A stretch of 64,000 bases of DNA from Podarcis bocagei. Its lineage: Eukaryota. Under the pieces are notes generated by a model, which saw only the letters and a list, made by a program, of their open reading frames with translations, ran no database searches and was not told the DNA's origin. The position numbers and the translations under genes are program-made. Every line of letters begins with the position of its first letter. The first letter of the stretch is position 1. Where the stretch lies: the NCBI GenBank assembly GCA_964188305.1, contig OZ076885.1; one strand, 5' to 3'. This document shows, one piece after another, positions 45,976 to 56,891 of this stretch.

Positions 45976-48907
45976 CAAGTATCTCCTGGATGTTACAAGC
46001 AACAGACATTGCTGATTGGCTGGAAGGAATGTGGGAGGGGTTCCCCATTCACCACTCAGGGTCATAGATCACTGCTGAATCATACAGTTCCAGGGCTGCT
46101 CGCCCTACTATTAGCCAGGGTGTGGCACCTGCTTCAGGCAGCTAATTTAAGGTGTCGTCAAATGGCAGCAAATAGCCAGTTCCTTAAATTATTACTATTA
46201 TAATATTTTTACTCTCAGGGAGAGGCATTTGGTGATTTTATGTCTCAGGTGCAAAAACAATGTAGTTAGTCTTGGACGCTGTGTGCCTTTGCGAGGAGAC
46301 ACCATTTGCTGCAAAATACATTTGGACTAGCCTTGTAGACTGCAATACTAATGAAGGGGGAAGAGCCATTTCCTTGCTTCTTAGGAGGGTATACAGCACT
46401 TGCTCAGTGTTGGAAGACTCTGGGGCGAAGCAAGTGTAGAGAGAAACAACACCATTGCGGCAGAAATGGTCTTCTACGATGGGCAGAATCCTAAAACTGC
46501 ACACACACTGCTGTCATCACCATTCCACTGTGGCCTTGCCATCTGCCAAATCCCAGCATGTCCTTCATACAGATCCATGTACCCTTCCATAACCACCCCA
46601 TAATGGGTTCTTGATTCCTGTTCTTCCTACCATTAGGTTGCTACTTCTTGCCCTACAACTCCAAGCTCACTAGACTCTTTCCTTATCCCTCTACTACTGT
46701 TGGTGAGATTCTTTTTCTGTTACTGGACCTCTTCACCCTGTCTACCACCTGTATAGCATTATGTCTGTTCCTTTCTACTTTAACGGGATAGCAAGTGAAA
46801 CAGATGCAGACTGTGCTCACAAGGGAAAGTCTTATCCATTCCTCAAAACTGTTGAAGCCTTAAGAAAAAAGATGCCCAACTCTTTAAAAAAGAATGCTCT
46901 ATAGACCTTAGCAGTACACAGAATATACCATGTGAGAGCAAATGGGCTTAAGTATAGCCCATACTTTTACTCTCTGTATATGCCAATCAATCAAGGTAAT
47001 TGGCCATTGCTAGCATCAGCACTTCCATAGGCTTGGTAGACTTGAAAAAGACTTTCGGCTTATTATTACAGCCTTTTAATGGGCTAGATCAGGAGGGCCA
47101 AGTTTGCCTATGCTTGGGCTAGATGCACCAGGAACTAAAGAGACTGTCTTTATTTTGCATATGAAGGACAGCAAGTGCAGTGAGACATTCGGACATGAGG
47201 ATGGCCCAAATGCTAACAATACTATCTGACTACCAGTTAATAGAAACAAACCATTCACTCTCCTCTTGCACAGTCCTCAGCTGGCTTATTTATCTCTCAG
47301 GGAAGCAGCATATTCCTCTTGGAAGTATGCCTGCCTTGAGGCTTGCAGGGGACAATAATCAAGACACACAGCGTTCCATATGATGGTTTTCCCTTGGGTG
47401 GTCTCTCACCAAATAATAATTAACTAGCGTTTGTGAAGCTCTGTCAGATGTCCAGATGAAAGACTCTCTGGACGTGTGTAGCGTTAATCATTGTAATAGC
47501 CCAGCCCAGCCCAGCCCAGCTTAGCTTTTAAAATTCTGCACAGCCCAGCATAGGCGATGCTGAGTTTCCAGCTAATAAATGCTCTGTGACTAAAGTATGA
47601 ATAATCCTCTGAGTTAAAAAAGCACTCCCAAATTAAGGAGACCTCATTAAGAAGAAGTGTCCCTCTGTTAACTAGTGGGAAACTGAGGCACGCAATGTGG
47701 AGCAATTCATCAGTCGGAAGCGGAGCAAGGATTAATACTCAGCAGTTCCCAGGACTGTGCTAAAGGCTAATTGGGCATTTCCCTTCTTGTGCACTTTCAT
47801 GAGAACATTAATTGCCACTGATATCCCCATTGATGTTCAGCAGCAACAATGCCCCAGGTAGAGGAATCTGGGGGAGGGGCAGGAGTGTGTATTTTTATTA
47901 TTTCTTATGATGTTTGGCCAAGAAGATTATTCATGCTAGAAGTTCTAAATTCCTGGCAGGTGTCAGATTTTTGGGGAACTAGTGATACAATGCTTTTTAA
48001 CAGCCTGAGGGCTAACAGTGTACCTACCTCACTGACCTGGAGTAAAGGAATCCTATGAAGTAATTTGCTTTTGACCAGTCACAAAAAATTGACATGGGGA
48101 GAAGTTGTTTCTCATAGAAGGTCATCCTATGGGGACCACTGCATGAGCATCCCTGACTGGGCAACCTGTGGCCCTCCAAATACTGCTGAACTACAATTCC
48201 CATCATCCCTGACCACTGACTGAGACTGATGGGAGTTGGACTCCAGTAACATCTGAAGGGCCGCAGGTTGCTTACCCTTGCATATATCAAGCATTAATCT
48301 CAGAGTATAAATTTCATCTGTGACTCATGTCAGGCTGTTTCCAAACAAAACCCAATTGTGGTGTCGTCATGTCCCGATTCAGGGTGCCTTACAAATCTAA
48401 GCTACACACAGATTGTGATGATCCTTGTGATGGTTTTCCCCTGATCAATTGGTGGACCAGGGCCTCACTGGATCAGTGGAGGCATCACAGTCCAACTTGT
48501 ATTGGGCCACCTTTGTCCACACTTCTGACTAAACACTGTAGCACTGAACAAGCCACCAGGGATGGTGCTTTGAGGACATTTCCCCAACACCTTCTGTTTC
48601 CTTTAGAGGTGATGGGGAGACAGAGCAGAACAGGCCCAACCTGAAGCAGTGAATTTTAGTAAAGTGGCAGAAAATCCTTTCCCCTTCTGCCATCCATATG
48701 GTGGCCTTTGCTCTTTTCCTTCTCTGATGAAATCTCCAAGATAGCATCAGGAAGCAGGAGGTGTGTGGGGTGTGTGGGTCAAGGGTGGGTCATCTGGATA
48801 GAGATTGGCCTGGACTTATCCTTCCCATGTCATCTGGCTACAAGACTAAAGATACTTCTGGATGTGATTTTGAGCACAAAGGAAAAACAAAGATGGCATT
48901 GTCTCTC

Positions 48908-48941
<34 letters not shown>
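48908..48941. repeat. (TCTA)n tetranucleotide microsatellite
   Basis: Read directly. Confidence 0.95.
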
Positions 48942-49732
48942 ATCTCTCCCCACTTCCCATTGTGTGAATACTTCAGTATGAACTTTCCTTTATGTTCTGA
49001 TGCTCTTGACATTAGAAAATGTGAGTCTGCCAGCCTTTAAATGAAGTATAAAACCAGACAGCCTTCCTCAACTTGGTGCCCTCTCCATATATTACTGGAC
49101 TACAACTCCCATCTACCCCAATCAGGGATAATGAGAGCTGTAGTCCAACACTTCTGAAGGGCACCAAGCTGGGGAAGGTTGAAACAAAGAATCTTGTGGC
49201 AGCTTAAAGACTAACACTATGGCATAAGCTTTCAAGGAGTTAGTCTACTTTACCAGACACATGAATTAAGACAATGTCTGTGCAAGGCCATTTTGTGTGA
49301 TCTATCATTGAAAATAGCATGAGGAGGTGCTGTTGTTTTTCTGTAACCTATTGCTGCCATTCCTCTTCCTGGTTGTAATGCCAAACCAGAATTCCTGGAA
49401 AATGTAACTCAGCCGAACTAATTAGAGTCTGTACTAATTAGTGTGAGGGCATAGTGGTATAGGCACTAATTTGGTTTGTGCCACTGGCACTGATCCTGCT
49501 AGTCTATTTGAGTTAGCAACAATCAGCACAGGGATCACCATCAGTCCTGGAATCATTACACCTGAAACTCATGAAACTCTTGATCTGAGAGTGCCCTTAG
49601 TAAGCGAAAGACACCTTTCCCACAATTAATCTGCACAAGTGCTTCACAATGTGCATCTTCCTGGTTATTGCTCCACCCCACCCCTCACTCATATACTGAT
49701 TTGGTCTAGCCCGTCTATCTACCTCAGTAATT

Positions 49733-51416
49733 TTTTCGTACAATGATTACCATAATAAAGGACAAAAATGGTAAGGACCTAACAGAAGCAGAAGACATCG
49801 AGAAGAGGTGGCAAGAATACACAGAGGAATTATACCAGAAAGATATGGATGTCTCGTACACCCCAGGTAGTGTGGTTGCTGACCTTGAGCCAGACATCCT
49901 GGAGAGTGAAGTCAAATGGGCCTTAGAAAGCACTGCAAATAACAAGGCCAGTGGAAGTGATGGTATTCCAACTGAACTATTTAAAATTTTAAAAGATGAT
50001 GCTGTTAAGGTGCTACACTCAATATGCCAGCAAGTTTGGAAAACTCAGTAGTGGATTGGAGAAGATCAGTCTACATCCCAATCCCAAAGAAGGGCAGTGC
50101 CAAAGAATGCTCCAACTACCGCACAATTGCACTCATTTCACACGCTAGCAAAGTTATGCTTAAAATTCTACAAGGTAGGCTCAAGCAGTATGTGGACCGA
50201 GAACTCCCAGAAGTGCAAGCTGGATTTAGAAGAGGCAGAGGAACCAGAGACCAAATTGCAAACATGTGCTGGGTTATGGAGAAAGCTAGAGAGTTCCAGA
50301 AAGACATCTACTTCTGCTTCATTGACTATGCAAAAGCCTTTGACTGTGTCGACCACAGCAAACAATGGCAAGTTCTTAAAGAAATGGGAGTGCCTGATCA
50401 CCTCATCTGTCTCCTGAGAAATCTCTATGTGGGACAAGAAGCTTCAGTTAGAACTGGATATGGAACAACGGATTGGTTCAAAATTGGGAAAGGAGTACGA
50501 CAAGGCTGTATATTGTCTCCCTGCTTATTTAACTTATATGCAGAATTCATCATGTGAAAGGCTGGGCTGGATGAATCTCTAGCCGGAATTAAGATTGCCG
50601 GAAGAAATATCAACAACCTCAGATATGCAGATGACACAACCTTGATGGCAGAAAGTGAGGAGGAATTAAAGAACCTTTTAATGAGGGTGAAAAAGGAGAG
50701 CGCAAAATATGGTTTGAAGCTCAACATCAAAAAAACGAAGATCATGGCCACTGGTCCCATCACCTCCTAGCAAATAGAAGGGGAAGAAATGGAGGCAGTG
50801 AGAGATTTTACTTTCTTGGGCTCCATGATCACTGCAGATGGTGACAGCAGTCATAAAATTAAAATATGCCTGCTTCTTGGGAGAAAAGCAATGACAAACC
50901 TAGACAGTATCTTAAAAAGCAGAGACATCACCTTGCCGACAAAGGTCCGCATAGTTAAAGCCATGGTTTTCCCAGTAGTGATGTATGGAAGTGAGAGCTG
51001 GACCATAAAGAAGGCTGATTGCCGAAGAATTGATGCTTTTGAATTATGGTGCTGGAAGAGACTCTTGAGAGTCTCATGGACTGCAAGAAGATCAAACCTA
51101 ACCATTCTTAAGGAAATCAGCCCTGAATGCTCACTGGAAAGACAGATCGTGAAGCTGAGGCTCCAATACTTTGGCCACCTCCTGAGAAGAGAAGACTCCC
51201 TGGAAAAGACCCTGATGTTGGGAAAGATTGAGGGCACAAGGAGAAGGGGACGACAGAGGACGAGATGGTTGGACAGTGTTCTCGAAGCTACCAGCATGAG
51301 TTTGACCAAGCTGCGGGAGGCAGTGGAAGACAGGAGTGCCTTGCGTGCTCTGGTCCGTGGGGTCACGAAGAGTCAGACACGACTAAACAACTAAACAACT
51401 AAACAACAACAACAAC
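49733..51416 (+). mobile_element. 5'-truncated BovB (RTE-clade LINE) with a decayed reverse transcriptase ORF
   Basis: KDKNGKDLTEAEDIEKRWQEYTEELY, LEPDILESEVKWAL, FIDYAKAFDCVDH, GVRQGCILSP, YADD at 50624-50635, KTLMLGKIEG; (CTAAACAA)/(CAA)n tail; one frameshift near 50050 and stops near 50557 and 50770. Confidence 0.93.
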
Positions 51417-51614
51417 TTCTTCTTCTGGAAAATGTAATTTCTGACTTTCTGCGCTACCATGGCTGTTGAATAGTCTCGTCACAAGTTCTCTCCCCCCTCC
51501 CAATTTTTTATATTTTGCACAGCAAAGCAAAAATCTGTTTTCTCGGAAGCTTCACATGTTGTATTGCACAACACAGCATTATTTTAGAAAATCCTGCAAT
51601 CTCAAGAGAATATA

Positions 51615-51615
<1 letters not shown>

Positions 51616-51664
<49 letters not shown>

Positions 51665-51666
51665 AC
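51616..51666. repeat. (CA)n microsatellite
   Basis: Read directly. Confidence 0.97.
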
Positions 51667-53679
51667 TGAAAATGTTTGAAAACTACACCTGCAGTGATGC
51701 CAGGTGTGAGTTCAACTTACTGAACTCACAGTACACACAGAACCCCCTTGCCAGCACTGATGCAGCTGATTGACAGTACTGGTTCACTGAAAACCAGAGC
51801 TGCCTTGGGGTGAGACATGGGAGACCAGATGAAAGGAGGACAGGGCTCCCGTTCCTTGGGCAGTTTTGCAGGGGAATTAATTCTGATAGGTTTTGATTTT
51901 GATTAATTTTCACCTATGACTGAAAGCTTGCCAATATTCCCTCTCCTGTGAAACCATAAAGGGAGAGGAGTCTGCCTCACCTGTTGTCCTTTGCATTCAG
52001 TCACCCAAAGTAAAACTGTCATGAGAACTGGCCCTTTCACAGAGAAGGTGCTCCATCCCTACCCTAATAATCCCTTACCTGACTTTGGTATCAGACACAG
52101 AGACTGCATGACCGTTAGCCCCATGCACAAGGGAGGCTACCGATATTTTACATATCTCTACAATAGGAGAAGATGGCAAAGTTCTCATATAATTGGAAAC
52201 TGTTCCCACAGTTTTAGCTGTGAATTTAAAGAGTCCAGCATGGGCAGCACACACAGGCATTTTCAGATAATTGATTGCACTATGCTAGTTTCTGCCTGCA
52301 AGAAACCATTTCCGCTTCGACTTTTCTGCCAAAAACCTTTTCTGCACATCTGCTATGGAATCTTGTGTGTTCCGGAGCAGAAATCCAGAGCATCAGGCCT
52401 AGTGGCCAAATGTCGCCCTCCAGCCCATCTCACCCTTCAGCCACACCCACTCTCCAGCCATATCCCTTCTCCCTAGGTCACAGCTCTCACCAGCCTTGCT
52501 TAATACCCTCCTTGAGTGTTTCTGCCTGGCTGGAATGTCTCCTTGATCTCTGGGCACTTTCAGGCTGTCATTAATTTCAGGCAGCATTCAATTACGTTTC
52601 AACAAATTCAGGTTGCACAATTAAAGTGAATTAGAGCTCTTGCACAACAAACTTACCTTCCCCCCACAACAAAACCCAGACATTTTGCAATAAGGAAAGC
52701 TGACCTCCCTGCATACTTCCTGCAAACTAATTAGGATGAATGTTCAATACACAGGTCATCTTAATGTGACTTGTGACAATTACTGTTGGATGGAGGAGTG
52801 TGTGTGTGTGTGTGTGTGGAAGCTAGCCTGCTGTAGAAATTGCATCTCTGCTGCCCAGTATGTTGATGATGGATTTACACAAGCTGTTGTCATGAAGAAT
52901 TCAATATTTTTATATACATGGGGCTCCCCAAAATGCACTCAGGGTTGATTTCTGCTTTTCAGTGGGATGGCCCAGAAATGACCTCTTTCAATATGTCCAT
53001 GCACAGATAGCATCAAACATACCATACAACGCTGACATCTGTGTAGCAAAGGTACATGCAAAATAAATCAACCTGTATCTTGCTCTTAGCTGATGAAAGA
53101 GAACTGCAGGGCAGCCCCGGACAACTGGTTAAACTGGAGACATTGAGACAAGCAGCCAGACCCTCCACATAAAAGTGCCCATGCCACCATAAGTCAATGG
53201 CAACTTCTTGAAACCCACCTGCCAGCCTTTCCAGCTGCTGTGGTTTAAGTTCCCTCTTGACTCAAATTTCTCTCCCACAGTCAGTGACAAAAGCATTGAA
53301 ATCTACCCTTGCAGAGCAATCAATAAACTTTTGTCCCCACCTAAGGACCAAATCAGCCTTGTAATGAAAGGGAAAGAGAAGGAGGGAAAGCATGAGAGCT
53401 GCTTCCAATGAAAAGCTGTGAACCGTCAGCAACAGAGAAGGCTTAATGCATAAGTGCCAAAAAATAAAAATAAAAATTACCAGGAGGTAACTGAAGCTGC
53501 AGGTGGAAGACGTTTCGAACAAATATTATGCATGTTGAGGACTGGTTGTTAAATGTTTTTATAGCACTTACAACGTATAAAGTAAGTTTTAGCTAGATCA
53601 TGTTCACAAGGAATCAGGAAAGTAGGTAATGAATGAGATGCTTTGACTGTGTACACATTACCGGCTTAAAATGCATCTA

Positions 53680-54080
53680 GGTATAAAAGAGCCTTTCCTA
53701 AAAACCCAGAAGCTTTTCAAAAAACAAGTGAGTCTGTTGATGTATGCGACCACGGCTGCGCGGATTTTACTTGCACAAAAGTGGAGAACAGACGTAGTTA
53801 CAACAAAAGAGGAGTGGCGTCATAAACTGCTGGAATACGTGGAACTAGTGGGTATGACTAATAGAATAAGAAACAGAGATGAAAAAGAACTTGAAGAGGA
53901 TTGGATGCTATATATAGAATATATGAAAAATTATTATAATAAGACAACCTAGCAGGATGAGCATAATTCAGCAGCGTAAGTTATAACATGAGATAAAGAG
54001 AAGGAGAGAGGAAAATTTGGAAGAACAAAAAGATGAGATAGGTTGGGAACAGAGAGGAAACCAGGGAAGGAGTGGAAGGA
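53680..54080 (+). mobile_element. L1-clade LINE 3' fragment (ORF2 C-terminus and 3'UTR)
   Basis: LLMYATTAARILLAQKWR..EEWRHKLLEYVEL..W..YIEY; homologous to the 62820-63390 copy. Confidence 0.7.
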
Positions 54081-56054
54081 GAGGACATAGATCAGGGACA
54101 GAGAACCTTTGACTGTGAAGAAACTGTTCAACTCAACTCTCATCACCATGCTGGCCAGGGCTGATGGGAGTCCAGCAGGATCTGGAAGGTCACAACTCCC
54201 ATCAGCCCTGGCCAAAATGGTCAATGGTCAGGGATGATAGGTGTTGTAGTCCAGCAACATCTGCAGCTTGGGCTATAACATCAAAAAGATGTGTATAGCT
54301 CCATGTAGTGCCAATGCACATCCTTTTAAATAAAGATTCACATCATAATGATGGAGTGAGCTGTAAGGGCAGACTAGAGGGTCTGCACAATTATTTGCTA
54401 CCTACAAAACCAGTAGCCACATACTACCACTCACCCCCTACCTCAGTAATGCTGAATTTGAGGTGATGGGCCCATTCTCTGTGGCATACTAAGAGCTCCA
54501 ACACTTGCTGGAAGACCAGTGCAACTCCAAAGGTTCTTCCTCACTCATTAAGTGCAGGATGATGTAATAGCTGAAGCAGGCGTGAGCCAACTGCTTTACT
54601 GCCCGAGGTATGATGTCTGTAGGATCAAGCTGCCTGGCAAGTTAATGTAGCCGTATCTCATCAACTATCTGATATGCAGCTGTAATAAGCAAGTCCTAAT
54701 CTCTCAATCACGTGTGTAAATTAAAGGAATGGTGTCGACCCACCTCTGCAAACTGCTTTGAGACCTGCAGATGAAAGTTGCCAGATACCGGGAGAGAGTT
54801 ATTAGTTTTGTTATTTCTCCCTATCTTGCTCTGTGCACTTTACTCCACCTCAGCTTCTAGCCTAACTCTGCTGTCTATTCCATTCATCCATCACTCTGAT
54901 TATCACTGCTTCATTTCCTCATAAACAATGTACGCTGACTATCCAGCCACTTCAAATCCTTCCAGAGAAGAATTTTAATCAAACCTTCCTTACACATTGA
55001 TTTCTTCTGTCATAAGCTCTTTGGAGCATGAATCTTAACGACCTTGCACAGTTAATCAAGTGCATACTGTGCTATCGACATCTACCCAATATGCCATTAA
55101 GAAGATGCTTTTGACTGAATATATCCTCCTGACTGGCTTAAGGCACGGATATGAGACAAAGGTGTACTGTTCTGAGATCCATGCTTCCCAGGGTTATATG
55201 ATGGGGTCAAGCTGCAGGGACAGTGATAACTAGCAAAACCCCCCAAAACAAATGTAACTTGATTCAGTGATGATTGCCTGAGTTTTATAGGTAGCCTCCT
55301 GGAGGTGGAGGAACTGCAGCTACTGAGTTGTTTCCAGGGCTTCCACCCATCAGGAAGTGAATGTAGATCTCTGTACTGTACAGCATCTCCCCTTATTTCA
55401 TGAATCGCCTCTCATGCCCAGAGAAATCGGGGCGGAAAATGAGTTCTGCAAGCCCAAATAGTATTTTAATTCCATCCCGGTTGCCAGGTGAATGCAATAT
55501 TGCTTATAATAAGCGGATCTCCTTTATGTTTCATTCCAGAATATAGCAGCTTTGCACATAATGCTTTCTTCACATTTCAGGAACTACTGCTTGCCCTCCC
55601 CACCCCCGGATTTATTTATGTGATCATCAGGCATCATCACAAGTAAGTTGTTCCTAGCAGCAAATCTTTTGCACTTACTCCTGTATTTAGACTTGTGGGG
55701 GAAAATATAGACAACAACTTTATAAAACACAAGAACATGTCATGTAATCATATGCTCTTTACTTTGAAAAGTTCCTTCCATTTCTTAATTTCGCCTGAAC
55801 AGATGGTTTAGTAGATACTTGAAATCATATAGGCCTACTTCCAACATTACTTTTAAAAGACACAGAATATTTTTTACTCTTACCACATAAGATACAACCT
55901 ATCATTTTGTAGGGAAATATATATTGTGCATCCGTTTCCCAGAAAATTTGAACGTGGAACAAAACTCCAGCATCTCATCAGTTTACGAATGACTTTGTCA
56001 GAGAGTAGATGTATGAGTAACCTTATGGGGCGTTTACCTGGATCTTCAGGTATA

Positions 56055-56284
56055 CAGTGGTGCCTCGCAAGACGAAATTAATTCGTTCCGCGAGTTTTGC
56101 CGTCTAGCGAATTTTTCGTCTTGCGAAGCACGGTTTAAACGGCTTAACAAAGTCGCAAGACGTTTTCGTCTTGCGAAGCAAGCCCATAGGGAAATTCGTC
56201 TTGCGAGGCAAATCGCGGACGAAAAAACCTTTCGTCTAGCGAGTTTTTTGTCTTGCGAGGCATTCGTCTTGCGAGGTACCACTG
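56055..56284. mobile_element. Related pogo/Tigger-type MITE, CpG-rich and probably young
   Basis: TA-CAGTGGTGCCTCGCAAGACGAA ... TTCGTCTTGCGAGGTACCACTG-TA; several internal TTCGTCT(T/A)GCGA repeats. Confidence 0.9.
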
Positions 56285-56340
56285 TACTCAAGTCTTAAGG
56301 AACTAATCCCAAAAGAAGCACTCATTTTTACTGCTTACAT

Positions 56341-56891
56341 CAGTTGTTCTCAAATGGTGTGGCATGCTGGGAAGATTCAAGAACAATGAAAGAAACATTT
56401 AAATATTTCAATGTAGTACAGTTGAGTAGTATAGCATAGAGTATCAATATAATATTTTTATGGATAGATATGTCTATGGAACAGGGATTTTCAACTCTGA
56501 CAAATGTGAAAGACCAGAAAAGAGAAAGGCTTTTTGGTGTTGATGAGGATATGAGGGTTTGTCTGTCTCAAATTAGACCTAATATAAATGAGATTACCTG
56601 GCAAAAGTAAGCTCATACCTTTCACTGAGTTTGTATACATACTACATATATAAGAGGCTCATTTATATTTTGGGAATGATTTATGTACTTATGTAGCTAC
56701 ATTGTTTTATTCTTTTCGAATGTCTCATGATCATATTATAAAGTAGTTGTGTTTCTGTGTAATAAATCAAGCACTGTTATGAGTTGTTCCCCCCCCCCCC
56801 ATGTATTTCTTATCAATAACAACTTCAGTATGGTGCAAGCAAATTTTTATTCTGAAAGTTTGGCCCAGAGAGAAAAGTTTGAGAACCACTG
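56341..56891 (+). mobile_element. hAT (Charlie/Buster-like) deletion derivative keeping the transposase C-terminus
   Basis: TIRs CAGTTGTTCTCAAA / TTTGAGAACCACTG; remnant EQGFSTLTNVK..DEDMRVCLSQIRPNI resembling the hATC dimerisation domain; degraded 8-bp flanks GCTTACAT / GGTAAGAT. Confidence 0.75.

Noticed and set aside
50425-51366. Minus-strand ORFs of 112 and 171 aa
   Set aside because: Antisense frames of the BovB RT region.
56055-56284. Repeated TTCGTCTTGCGA units resembling a CRISPR array
   Set aside because: Units are only about 12 bp, irregularly spaced and in both orientations; they lie inside TIRs with TA duplication; the DNA is vertebrate with no cas genes. It is a MITE.
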